Below, one piece after another: positions 42,565-52,847 of a stretch of DNA of 64,000 nt. Below the pieces are notes generated by a model. The model saw nothing but the letters and a program-made list of their open reading frames with translations. It did not search any database and had not been told where the DNA came from. Numbering within the stretch: position 1 is the first letter of the stretch; every line of letters starts with the position of its first letter. Both the position numbers and the translations under genes were made by a program. Source of the stretch: an uncultured Verrucomicrobiae bacterium. Its GTDB lineage: Bacteria > Verrucomicrobiota > Verrucomicrobiia > Limisphaerales > JAFGQR01. The stretch is from the NCBI GenBank assembly GCA_963788655.1, contig CAWBHS010000064.1, positions 8,982-72,981 on the forward strand. Direction: 5' to 3'.

Positions 42565-45408
42565 TTACCAGACTTTGTTCTGGTCAGGTACGGATTGTTT
42601 CGCAAAAGGCATTTCCTCTTCGGAGTGGACCCGGTTGCCGGCCGGATCAATGATGGTCGGGGTGACGAAGATGATGAGATTCTTCTTCTTCGTCAGCGCG
42701 GATTCACTGCGGAACAACCGGCCCACGAGCGGCAAGTCTCCCAGCAACGGCACCTTGTCTTTGGTCTTCTGCACGTTCTCGGAGATCAACCCGCCGAGCA
42801 CCACGGTCTGGCCGTCCCACACCACCGCGCTGGTCACCACCTGGCGCAATTGGAACTGCGGCAGCGGAGTTGGTTGCGTCAAGGCGTTGGCAATCGCCCC
42901 GCCGCTGACCGACTGCGCCTGGGCGGCGAAGATTTGCGCCGTTTCAAAATCATAACCAATGAAATCGCGCACGGTCGGGATGATGGTCATTTGGACCGTA
43001 TATCCGTCCGCGCAGACGTAGGGGACCACGTCAAGCACCGGTCCCAACTCGATGGGTTCGGCAATGGGTTGAATGATGGTGCCCACGCCGCCGCCACCGG
43101 TCGTCGTGCCGACGGTGCTCACGCTGCTGCCGCCTGATGTTTGGTTGATGGACAGGTCGGTCACCACGTACTGCACATTGGCCACTTTGATTTGGGCCTG
43201 CCGTCCGCTCTGCGTGGTTATCTTCGGCGCCACCAATACATCGACACCCTGGCGTTGCTCGAGGGCCTTGATGACGACTTTGAATTGGGGATCCGTCAAG
43301 ATGCCGGTATAGGAAAATATGGCCGGCGCGCTGTTCCGCAGTCCGGAAGTTAGAATGCTGTCCGTCGAACTCGGGTTCACCAGCGTCGAGGCCGCGCCCG
43401 AAACCGCATTGGCGGGTTGGCCGGGGAACGACCCGACCGGATTCGCCTGCGTGGACCGTCCATTCATGGAAGGCTGGGTACCACCTGACGCCGCCGTGTT
43501 GCCGCCAATGATGACGTTGCCAAGGTACCAGTCAAAGCCCAGTGCCCGGTTGTCGTTCTGGTTCACTTCCGCAAACTTGGATTCCACGGTCAGTTGCGGC
43601 GGGGACATGTTGAGCACTTGCAGGGCCTGTTCGATGATGTCCAAGTCTTGCAACGTGGCGCGCACCATCAGCATGCCGAGCCGGTCGTTGAAATAGATAT
43701 TCTTGGGCGGTTCCAAGTCCACGCCACACGTAGTGAAGAAATCCCTTACCACCGTAACCACGTTCTGCATGGGCGTCACGGACGTCAGATAATCGATCCC
43801 GCCGCCGCCGGTTTGCCCGGTCGTTCCAGTGCCCGTGCCGCCCTGACCGGTTCTTCCCTGCGTGCGACCGCCTTGGCGTCCGCCACTGCCAGTCAGACTG
43901 ACGCCGACGTATTCCGACTGGCCGCCACCACCGTAGCCACCGCCGCCGTAGCCGCCACCGCCGCCGCCGTAGCCGCCACCACCGCCGCCGTAACCGCCGC
44001 CGCCGTAGCCGCCGCCGCCGCCGCGCCCACCATAACCGCCGCGGCTGCCGCCGCCGTAACCGCCGCTGCCGCCGTAACCGCCGCCGCCACCGTAACCGCC
44101 GCCGCCGCCGCCGCCGGTCGTGCCGAATTGATACGCGGACACGCCCTGGAGGCCTTGGGCGAACGTATTCGGATCAATCCTGAAAAACCGGTTGTACAAC
44201 GGTGGCGTTTCCGTGGTTTTGAACGAAATAAGAACATACGCGTCGTCCACCGAATACTTGATGGGCTTGTTGGCCACGGTGACGATGGCATCCAGCGCCT
44301 GCCGCAAGGTCACATCGCGAATCCCCGGTTTAAGTTTGACCAGCACGGTGTCAATATTCAAGGGTTCGGCGAGCGAAGGAATGGGCAAACCGCTGGCGGG
44401 ATCAATGACCTCTTCGGTCGTGGTGGCCGGGGGATCGGCATTCTCGCTGAGGATAAAATTGAGGCCTTTCTTCTCCGGATCTCGCTTCAACGCATCATCG
44501 CTCAGTTGCGCGATCACTTCCTTGAGCGGAATCTCATCGTATTCCAACTGGTCGATGCGAATGCGATCCAATTTCTCATAAATAGCAGCCCGCGCACTGC
44601 TGGTACGGATGTAATTGGTGCGCGCGTAGGGATTGGGCTCCGGTAATTGTTGTCGTTGGATTTGTTCGCTCCAGGCCTGACCTACTTCCATGATTTTGCC
44701 CTGGGACCAGCCTTCCCGAACGATGGTGGATTTGCGGTATTGTTTTTCCATGACCAAGCCCAGGTAATAAATCGCCCCGCGATTCAACGGGTCCCCTTTG
44801 ATTGCTTCCCGCAACTTGGCTTCCGCCTGGTCATATTCCCCCGCTTCATAAAGCAGCTTGCCGTCCTGCACCAACTTGTCCACCGCGATCTTTCCTTCCA
44901 TGATTTTGGGGATTTGGTTGATGGTTTCCTGGTCCGGCCGGCGGGCTTCGACCTCGAACCAGTGTTGATAAACCTTGTTGGTCACCGAACGGGCTTCGGG
45001 GTTGCCGGGCGCCACGCGTAACACGGCAAACGCCTGGTTGGTGGCTTGGATGAAATCCTGGCGGCGGTAGGCTTGCTCGGCCAGAACGTTGCGCACCGCA
45101 ATGATGCCGTTGACCGCTTCCTGCCGCACCGGGCCCACCTCGTTGCCAATCTTCCGGATCAGCGCATAACACTCATCATAAACGGCGGCCGCCGCGTAGA
45201 AGGATCCCTCCCGCTGCAGCGCCTGGGCCTGGACCAGTTTATTGGTCAGTTGCACGGTCATTTCCTGGCGCCGCACCGCTTCCGCGATGGCGTCCGTCAC
45301 CGCGCCCGCCCCCGTCGTGGGGCTCGGTGCTGGATTCTGATTCTGGGCCAGCGCGGAACCTAACCACAGCGGGGCCAGGGCACAGCATACTATCAAGGCT
45401 CTAATCAT
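42565..45408 (-). CDS. Secretin (GspD/PilQ family, Amuc_1098-like) with N-terminal TPR region and Gly/Tyr-rich insert
   Basis: 947 aa; signal peptide; TPR-like helices; N3 domain FNDRLGMLMVRATLQDLDIIEQAL; QLTVESKFAEV; VVWDGQTVVLGGLISE...DKVPLLGDLPLVGRLFRSE...NLIIFVTPTII. Confidence 0.93.
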   Translation of the reverse strand: MIRALIVCCALAPLWLGSALAQNQNPAPSPTTGAGAVTDAIAEAVRRQEMTVQLTNKLVQAQALQREGSFYAAAAVYDECYALIRKIGNEVGPVRQEAVNGIIAVRNVLAEQAYRRQDFIQATNQAFAVLRVAPGNPEARSVTNKVYQHWFEVEARRPDQETINQIPKIMEGKIAVDKLVQDGKLLYEAGEYDQAEAKLREAIKGDPLNRGAIYYLGLVMEKQYRKSTIVREGWSQGKIMEVGQAWSEQIQRQQLPEPNPYARTNYIRTSSARAAIYEKLDRIRIDQLEYDEIPLKEVIAQLSDDALKRDPEKKGLNFILSENADPPATTTEEVIDPASGLPIPSLAEPLNIDTVLVKLKPGIRDVTLRQALDAIVTVANKPIKYSVDDAYVLISFKTTETPPLYNRFFRIDPNTFAQGLQGVSAYQFGTTGGGGGGGYGGGGGYGGSGGYGGGSRGGYGGRGGGGGYGGGGYGGGGGGYGGGGGGYGGGGYGGGGQSEYVGVSLTGSGGRQGGRTQGRTGQGGTGTGTTGQTGGGGIDYLTSVTPMQNVVTVVRDFFTTCGVDLEPPKNIYFNDRLGMLMVRATLQDLDIIEQALQVLNMSPPQLTVESKFAEVNQNDNRALGFDWYLGNVIIGGNTAASGGTQPSMNGRSTQANPVGSFPGQPANAVSGAASTLVNPSSTDSILTSGLRNSAPAIFSYTGILTDPQFKVVIKALEQRQGVDVLVAPKITTQSGRQAQIKVANVQYVVTDLSINQTSGGSSVSTVGTTTGGGGVGTIIQPIAEPIELGPVLDVVPYVCADGYTVQMTIIPTVRDFIGYDFETAQIFAAQAQSVSGGAIANALTQPTPLPQFQLRQVVTSAVVWDGQTVVLGGLISENVQKTKDKVPLLGDLPLVGRLFRSESALTKKKNLIIFVTPTIIDPAGNRVHSEEEMPFAKQSVPDQNKVW

Positions 45409-45434
45409 AGCTATTCAGTCGTTGGGCACAAAGA

Positions 45435-46256
45435 TCAAGAAGGGAGGGTCACGACTTCTGCCAGCCGCACCGTGTACTTTTTGTTGTTTGAGCTGGCCGA
45501 CAATACTACTTCGTCGGCGCTGATGGCAACGATTTTGTAGTCTTCGCCGGCAAAGTGCAGCTCGGCGCCGACGCGCACGTTGCGAAACTCCTTCCCCTCC
45601 GGAGGATACTTAAGATCCGCTTCATAACCTTCCGTGCGGACGTACGGTTTGTCCGGCGCCACGGAAACCGTTTCCTGCGTGTCGGGCAGCAGCAGGATCA
45701 ATTCATCCGGCGCTTTCGGATCGCCCTTCACATCCAGCAAGGCATAGAACTCATTGGTTTGTCCCTTGGTGGCATAACTGGGCCGCTTGCGTCGCAGCAG
45801 GGGATTTTCGGCGGCTTCCCGGGTGATGCCCAAGTAGTAGCCCCCGTTGCCGGTCGCCCGCTCGAGCGATAGGATGTAGTTCAACGGTTGCGCCTTGGTG
45901 AATTCCATCACGGCGGGGCCGACTTCGCCGCCCGTTTCGATCTTGATCAAATCACCATTGGGCTGGCGTTGCCATTTGACCGGGTTGAACAGGTTGTGGG
46001 GCAGCGAAAAATCCACGCTTAGCGGCTGCGCGGCCACCTTGAGCGCGGCTTGATGCGGTGCCATGTTCACCGGGGGCAGCGCTTTGTTGGGCTGGCGGCT
46101 GATCCCCACGAGGTAGGTTTGGATTTTGTCCGCCTCTTTCTGGCGCACGTTGTTCAGCTTCCACACGGTCGTCCCCAGTCCCAGCAGGGCCAGGATGAGA
46201 ATCAGCTTCTCATAATGGTTGCGACCGGCATCAATAAGTCTGCGAAGATGTTCCAT
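45435..46256 (-). CDS. Membrane-anchored pilus/secretion assembly protein (Amuc_1099-like)
   Basis: 273 aa; N-terminal HYEKLILILALLGL transmembrane segment; lies between the PilO-like gene and the secretin, as in the Akkermansia Amuc_1098-1101 cassette. Confidence 0.6.
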   Translation of the reverse strand: MEHLRRLIDAGRNHYEKLILILALLGLGTTVWKLNNVRQKEADKIQTYLVGISRQPNKALPPVNMAPHQAALKVAAQPLSVDFSLPHNLFNPVKWQRQPNGDLIKIETGGEVGPAVMEFTKAQPLNYILSLERATGNGGYYLGITREAAENPLLRRKRPSYATKGQTNEFYALLDVKGDPKAPDELILLLPDTQETVSVAPDKPYVRTEGYEADLKYPPEGKEFRNVRVGAELHFAGEDYKIVAISADEVVLSASSNNKKYTVRLAEVVTLPS

Positions 46257-46266
46257 GCCAAACTGG

Positions 46267-47271
46267 TTACGGGGTGGGAATCGGCTTCATGACGTCAATC
46301 ACGAGCGTCACGCGGCACAGCGATTCATCCAAGACGGTTACCAACACCCCCTCTTCCGCCGTGCCGGGCGGTCGGGGCGGTAGGGGCGCGGCACGGCGCA
46401 GTTGCGCCGCGCGCGAATAGGCGCCGGGCCGCAGCCGCGAAACCGGCGCATTGCCGGCTCCCCGGCGCACGGGCCGCCGGTTGGGAGGCGGGAGCGTGCC
46501 GGATCGATTGGGCGGGGCGCCGGGAGCGGCGGAAATATCCAGTTTGTTGGGCTCGGCCTCGTGGTCCAGCGCGATCAAACGAGGGGCGAGAAATTGCTCC
46601 GCGCTACACAGCTTGTCCAACACCTGGGCCAGCTCGGTGCTGAACGCATAGAACGTAACTTCATAGGGGAAGGCCGCCATGCCCAGGTCCGGTTTTTTGA
46701 CGATCGGCAATTCATGGCAATACGGGCTGGTGCCGGCGTCGTCCGCGGTCTTGGCCCGTTTGATACTGAGCAGGGCATTGACGTTCGCCGCGCACAATTG
46801 GGCGGTAATCAAGCGCACGTCCGCCAGTTGCTCGGCCAGTTCCGGAAAGCTGCCGGGCGCGAATTTGGCTTTGTTCATCTGTTCCTCGAAGGAGAAGGCA
46901 AAGTGGTCGCTCAGCTTCACGCTGTGTTCCTTCGCCAAGTTATGCAGGTAGAAAAGATTGCTGTTGAGCACCGTCACGAAATCCACGCCCTGGACCTTGG
47001 CATACGGGATCGGGGTAAAATACTTTTGCTCCTGGGAAATGACCTTACTCAACTGGTTCAAGCTGTTTCTGGCCTGATCGATGTTGGCTTGGCTGTGAGA
47101 CGGATTGGCTTTAAGCAAGCCTTCCAATTGGTGTTTGGAAGCATTGATCTCCTCGTCCACACTCGAATTTTTGCCAATTCCGCTCCACAGATAAAAGCCC
47201 CCACAGGCCAGCAGAAGAATGGCCGCCAGGCCAAACACCGCCCAAAACAAATTTCGTCGAAACCATTGCAT
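46267..47271 (-). CDS. PilO/Amuc_1100-like inner-membrane-anchored protein
   Basis: 334 aa; N-terminal transmembrane segment plus coiled coil; FAFSFEE and PYEVTFYAFSTELAQVLDKL motifs; downstream of PilM/N. Confidence 0.65.
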   Translation of the reverse strand: MQWFRRNLFWAVFGLAAILLLACGGFYLWSGIGKNSSVDEEINASKHQLEGLLKANPSHSQANIDQARNSLNQLSKVISQEQKYFTPIPYAKVQGVDFVTVLNSNLFYLHNLAKEHSVKLSDHFAFSFEEQMNKAKFAPGSFPELAEQLADVRLITAQLCAANVNALLSIKRAKTADDAGTSPYCHELPIVKKPDLGMAAFPYEVTFYAFSTELAQVLDKLCSAEQFLAPRLIALDHEAEPNKLDISAAPGAPPNRSGTLPPPNRRPVRRGAGNAPVSRLRPGAYSRAAQLRRAAPLPPRPPGTAEEGVLVTVLDESLCRVTLVIDVMKPIPTP

Positions 47272-47280
47272 GGTTAAATC

Positions 47281-49177
47281 CTAGTTTACTTGCACGGGCC
47301 GCTTCAGTTTCAACATGATTTCAAAGTCGAACGTCAACTCGTTGGGATCCGGGTTGAACGTGCCGCTTTCCAGCGTGGTTTCTTTGGGGTCCACCCACTC
47401 GGTCATTCGCTGGAGCGCCTTGGCGACCATGTCGGCCATCTTGGTGTTTTCCGCGGGATTATGGAGATTCATCGCCTGAAACACCAATTTCACGTGGGAC
47501 AACTCCACGCCCGCGCCGGGATTGTTAGGGTTTCCGTACGGCTGATTCAAACCCGGTTGCGCCCGGGGGGGCATCGGGCGCGGCCCTCGTCCGCCCGGCC
47601 GACCCGGAGCGGGTGCGAATGAATTACGTCCCCGTCTGCCCGCATTCGGTTGGCCAGGAGCCGGAGCCTCAACTTTGACCGAGCCCGGGATAATGCCATC
47701 CGGTAATACCGGTTGAAATCGTTCAATCCACACGCCGGTCTTGGTTCCGCTCAACTGGGCTTCTTTGGCCTTTTCCACCCCCCGCAAGGCCGTCCGAACG
47801 TCGGAAAAAAACTTGGGCCAGTAGTAACGGTCCAGAATCCAGCCCGTGTAGGTATCCGCCCGAATCTCCGTGGCAAACAATTGGTTGGTTGCCGATTTCA
47901 AGCGGTTGCCCAATTGTTGCAGCGGCCCCATTTTGCTCTGGATTTGTTCCAAGGCCTCGCGCTTTTGATCCGCCACGTTGGCGTAAAACCAGCCGGCGGC
48001 GAAAATCGCCAGAACGATGCACGCCGCCGAAGCAATAAAGTAGGGTTTCTTGGTTTCGAGTTCCTGACGGTGGAGCGAACTCTTGGGCATCAGGTTCAAC
48101 TCGACCGGGCAATGGGCCAGATTGCGCAGCCCCAGGCCTACCACTTCCCCCAAGGTATGGACGCCTTTGGCCAATTCCTCGCGGTCCAGGTTCTCAGCAA
48201 TCTGCACGTTGCGGAACGGATTGAAATACTCGACCACTCCGGGGCAGATTCAGCTTCTCGGAAAAGAACTGCGCCGTATAAGGCATGACCGAAGCGCCGC
48301 CCGACAGATACAGGCGTTCCGGCGTCGAGCCGCCCTGTTGGCCGCGATAAAATTGGATCGTCTGGTTGACCTGAATGTGCAGCCGCGTCAGCACTTGCCG
48401 GGCGATTTTCGAGATCGCGGCCTGGTGCGGATTCTCCGGGTCCTCGTAAGCCCCGCCCAAACTGACAAACCCTTGCTCGATTTTGAGCTGTTCGGCGTCC
48501 GTCAAGGAGAGTTTGGCCTCGCGGGCAAACTCCTGGGTGATGGAATTGGCCCCGATATTGATGCCGCGCGAATAGACCTTGCCGTTTTCAAAAAACAACA
48601 GGTTGCTGGTCTTCGCCCCGATATCCAGCAGCATCGTGCAGCCCTCGATGTCGCCGTAATTGTAACGAAAGGCATTGCACAAGGCCGCGGGGGACACATC
48701 GACCAGTTGCAGGCGCAAGCCGGTGTTCTCGGCCACCCGCGAAAGCCCTTCGACCACGTCGGGTTTGATGGCCACCAGCAAGACCTCCAGTTCGCCGGTG
48801 GGATTGGCGCCCAGAATCTGGTAGTCCCAAACGACTTCTTCCAGCGGGAAAGGGACGTTCTGCTGCGCCTCGTATTGGATGATCTGGGTAACTTTCGAAG
48901 TATCGACCGGCGGGAGTTTGACGAACTTGGAGAAGACGTGGAACCCCGGCGCGCACAAGTTAAGGTCCTTGGAGGTGAAGGTGCCTTCGGCCAACAGCTC
49001 GGCCAGGGTTCTTTCCATGGCCGCTTCCCGGGCGCTTTCCTGCATCCCCTCCGCCCCCAAAGGCCTGAAGCCGTAGTTCTTGAGCTGCAATCCACCGTCT
49101 TCGTTCAGTTCGAATTCGGCCAATTTCAGCGTCGCCGCTCCGAAATCAACGGCCAGGAATGACTTTGAATTTAGCAC
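47281..49177 (-). CDS. pilM: PilM-PilN fusion (Amuc_1101-like type IV pilus assembly protein); frameshift at ~48243
   Basis: LAVDFGAATLKLAEF, IQYEAQQNVPFPLEEVVWDYQ, LLDIGAKTSN, LYLSGGAS. Removing one C from CCCC restores KLNLPGVVEYFNPF. Then VGLGLR...ELNLMP (PilN INLLP-like) and a transmembrane segment. Confidence 0.88.
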
Positions 49178-49330
49178 GTTAAAACTATTCTGCTGTTGCC
49201 CCGCTATCGGTTCAAACGACCACGCTTTCGTCCTGGGGTTAAGGCGGGGCAGCGTAACGCACGCCCAGGACCGATCAAATCAAAAAGCAGTATCCGCTTA
49301 CAAATAAAGATAAGGCAGGGTGGCGCAATT

Positions 49331-50303
49331 TCACGCCAGAATTCTTTTTCGAAAATAGCCAATGGTCTGTTCCAACCCGTCCTCGAGCGCGACTTTCGGC
49401 GCCCAGCGCAACCAGCGCCGCGCCCGGGTGATGTCCGGCTGCCGTTGCCGCGGGTCATCTTGCGGCAGGGGTTTGAAGACGATGCGGCTGCGCGAACGGG
49501 TCAGCCGGCGAATCTCCTCGGCGAATTGCGCCACCGTCATTTCCTGCGGATTGCCGATGTTCACCGGTTCGGAGTGCGAACTCATCATCAGCCGGTAAAT
49601 GCCTTCCACCAGATCGGAACAATAACAGAAACTCCGCGTCTGGCGGCCATCGCCGAAAACCGTCAGCGGTTTGTGCTTCAAGGCCTGGCTGATGAACGCC
49701 GGCACCACCCGGCCATCGTGCAGCCGCATCCGCGGACCGTAGGTGTTGAAGATGCGCACGATGCGGGTTTCCACGCCGTGCTCCTGGCGATACGCCATGG
49801 TCATCGCCTCGGCAAAGCGTTTGGCTTCGTCATAACAACCGCGCGGGCCGATGGGATTCACGTTGCCCCAGTAGTCTTCCGTCTGCGGATGCACCAGCGG
49901 ATCGCCGTAGATTTCCGAAGTGGACGCGAACAGGAACCGCGCTCCCTTGTGTTTGGCCAGGCCCAGCGCCTTGTGCGTGCCCAGCGAACCCACCTTCAAC
50001 GTCTGAATCGGCAATTCCAGGTAATCCACCGGGCTGGCCGGCGAAGCAAAGTGCCAGACGTAATCCACCGGCTCGTGCAGGAAAATGAACTCCGTCACGT
50101 CCTGTTGGATGAACTTGAAATTCGCGTTGCCGGCCAGGTGCGCGATGTTGTCCACCGACCCGGTGACAAAGTTGTCGATGCCGATCACCCGATGTCCGCG
50201 GCCCAACAGCAAATCCGCCAGATGAGATCCCAGAAACCCGGCCCCGCCGGTGACCACCGACACCGGTGTCCGTGATGTTTCGAACTCGCGATTTTCTTGC
50301 CAT
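49331..50303 (-). CDS. UDP-glucuronate decarboxylase (UDP-xylose synthase), NAD-dependent epimerase/dehydratase family
   Basis: [78 protein letters not shown] at 50303 needs one frameshift near 50280; the ORF track starts at 50263. Confidence 0.93.
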
Positions 50304-50350
50304 GCCTTCTTTTACAAGGGCCAGCGCAGGGGTTCAATGGGCAAAAGTGT

Positions 50351-50372
50351 GCCCCAGGGAGTTTCCTGGGGC
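50351..50372. terminator. GC-rich hairpin between sugar transferase and UXS genes, possible weak terminator or attenuator
   Basis: GCCCCAGG-gagttt-CCTGGGGC perfect 8-bp stem; followed by ACACTTTT on the minus strand. Confidence 0.3.
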
Positions 50373-50412
50373 GGCGAAAGTTTAAAAAATCTCCGCTTGG
50401 CGAACCAGCGAC

Positions 50413-51820
50413 CTACTTGGCGCCGGTTCCCACCATAACGACGGGGATGGTTCGCCAGAGAATCTTCAGGTCCAGCCACAATGACCAGTTATCAATATAT
50501 TCCAGATCCAGGCGCACCCAGTCCTTGAAATCGCGCACTTCGTTGCGACCGCTCACCTGCCACAGACAGGTCAGGCCGGGTTTGACGCTCAAGCGCCGGC
50601 GGTGCGGACAGATCATCAAACCGCTCGACCTCATCCACCGGCAACGGCCGGGGACCGACCAGGCTCATTTCGCCGCGGAGCACGTTGAACAACTGTGGGA
50701 ACTCATCGATGCTGAACTTGCGTATCCACCGCCCCACGCGGGTGATGCGGGGATCATTGGTCACTTTGAATACCGGCCCGGACATCTCGTTGAGCGCCGC
50801 CAACTCGTGCTTGCGCTGTTCCGCGTCACTGACCATCGAGCGGAATTTGAGCATCGTGAACGGCCGGCCATTCAAGCCACAGCGTTGCTGGCGAAACAGG
50901 ACCGGCCCGGGCGAAGTGAGCCGAATGGCCAGCGCCACCAAGACCAACGGCAGTGACAGCAGCAGCAGCAGAATGAAGGCGCCTACCAAATCAAGCAGTT
51001 GCTTGGTCAAACCCTGCCAGGACGCGTCGGGGGCCGAGCGAAACACCAGCACGGGTCGGCCGTAAAAGTAATCAAAACTGGTCCGCGAAATCTGCGTCTG
51101 GAAAAAGTCGGCGATCAGCCAGGCTTCAACGCCTTCGCGCTCGCAGGCTTGAATGGCCTTCTCGATTTGCCCGAAATACGTGTGCTTGGCGTTCAGGATG
51201 ACCGTGTTCGCGGAGTGCTCGTGCAACACGCGGAGCAACTGTTGCACGGTCGTTTCGTTCAGGTTCAATTCGGTCAGAATCTCCGCTTCCTGCTCGGGCG
51301 CCTCGCTGAGTTCGGCACGCATTCGCGCGGTATCCTCCGGCGAGCCCACCAGAATCACCCGCCGCTTCATTTGCGACTGGGCAAATTTGCTGCGGTAGGC
51401 CAGACGCAACGCCTCCTCCGTCAGCAGCATCAGGCCAAAACTCACAATCCCAAAGAGGCCCGGCACCGATCGAGCCAGGTTTTGCTTGAATAGAAACAGC
51501 ACCAACATGACCCCGGCGGTTACGATGAAACAGGACTTCAAGAGAATCCAGATCGTGACCCGTCGTGACGCCAGCAACGGCCGCTTATAGAAACCCTGCG
51601 ATTCGAGCGTCAACGGAGCAGCCAGCGGGATCACCAAGTAGAGCCAGGCAAACTGGATGAACGGTTCCACCGGTTTGGGGCCTAACAAACGCTCCCAAAT
51701 GTTGACAAACCAAGTCCATTCGGTGCGCATGTAATGGGCCAGCCACAAGGCCAGCATGAAGACCGCCGCGTCCTTGAGCTGGTAAAGCTGAATGCGAAGT
51801 TGTTGGTCGCGCCGTAACAT
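50413..51820 (-). CDS. Priming polyprenyl-phosphate glycosyl-1-phosphate transferase (WcaJ/EpsE family); frameshift ~50608
   Basis: N-terminal transmembrane segments; GPVLFRQQRCGLNGRPFTMLKFRSM, DPRITRVG...SIDEFPQLFNVLRGEMSLVGPRP; the other frame continues RRRLSVKPGLTCLWQVSGRN...LDLEYIDNWSLWLDLKIL. Confidence 0.92.
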
Positions 51821-51888
51821 AATCCGTCAGCCGACCACCCTTTCACGGACTGGCCCCACGCCCGTTGAAGCAACGCCCCGCTCGGGCC

Positions 51889-51970
51889 TTCTTGCTCCTG
51901 CTCATACTCTTGCTCGTGCTCGGCCAGCGTTTAAGCGGCGCAAGCGCATGAGTATGAGCAAGAGCAAGAA
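51889..51970. repeat. Intergenic inverted repeat built of hexamers (TGCTCN / NGAGCA)
   Basis: TTCTTGCTCCTGCTCATACTC (51889-51909) pairs with GAGTATGAGCAAGAGCAAGAA (51950-51970), 20/21 match. Confidence 0.75.
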
Positions 51971-52091
51971 CCAGAACAGTTGCCTCGCGGTTATTCACCG
52001 CGCCCAAGCTTGCTTCAATCGTACGGCAATCCGGCCGGCGCTTGCGCTCCCAACGACCCCCAACTGTCTCTGCTACCACGTTCACCATAAC

Positions 52092-52847
52092 TCAAGGCCG
52101 CCGCGCCACCGTGGTCGGCGTACCTGCTGCCAACTGAAATTTCGGAACCGCCGCCGTGATCAACTGTTTCATCCGCTCGTACGTCGCGTCTTCCTGGCCC
52201 GGCCGGCAAACCGAAAAACAGGCCACGTACGCCCACCGCTGCCAGATGCCCAGGCGGATCATGTCGCGCGCCATCCACCACATCCGTTGCAGATGGTCCG
52301 CCGAAAGCTCATCGTCTGCCACGAACCAATACACATACAATCCATGCCGCAATTCACTGGTCCCATCGAGCTTGGGGAACTGCCGTGCCAAAGTCAATTT
52401 CATGACCGGCAAGGAATACGCACGCGGCTTGCGGATGCTGATAGCCGTCTTTTCCGTCTTCTGAATCCGCCATCCCGCGCCCGTCAGACAATACTGCGGC
52501 TTATGAATGCTGGTCCGGTCCCGGCCCATGAGCACCACGTTCAGCGCCGCCTCGAAACCGCGTTCATCGCGGTAAAGCCTCTGGCCGTAGGTCGTGTCTT
52601 TCGGCAGCCAGTTGAGCACGATATGTTCAACCGGCAGTTCTTGGGATTCGAAGTCCAGCACGCGCTCCGGCAAGTCCACCCGGTTCGTACCGGCCACGTT
52701 GCCTTCGGGATCGTACACCGGCTCAGCCACCACGCGCACACCGGGTTGGCCCATTGTTTGGAACGACTGAAGGCGCCCCAAAAACACCGCCGCCACCGTC
52801 ATGATCGACAACGCAGTGAATAAACTGAGTTTAACCTGACGACTCAT
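52092..52847 (-). CDS. EpsI-family exosortase-associated protein
   Basis: MSRQVKLSL N-terminal transmembrane segment; LPKDTTYGQRLY, DRTSIHKPQYCLTGAGWRI, YVYWFV. Its ATG overlaps the corrected exosortase stop (ATGA at 52847-52844). Confidence 0.8.
   Translation of the reverse strand: MSRQVKLSLFTALSIMTVAAVFLGRLQSFQTMGQPGVRVVAEPVYDPEGNVAGTNRVDLPERVLDFESQELPVEHIVLNWLPKDTTYGQRLYRDERGFEAALNVVLMGRDRTSIHKPQYCLTGAGWRIQKTEKTAISIRKPRAYSLPVMKLTLARQFPKLDGTSELRHGLYVYWFVADDELSADHLQRMWWMARDMIRLGIWQRWAYVACFSVCRPGQEDATYERMKQLITAAVPKFQLAAGTPTTVARRP

Noticed and set aside
43921..44117. (GCC)n/GTA repeats as CRISPR or VNTR element
   Set aside because: Coding poly-Gly/Tyr within the secretin; no repeat-spacer structure and no cas genes.
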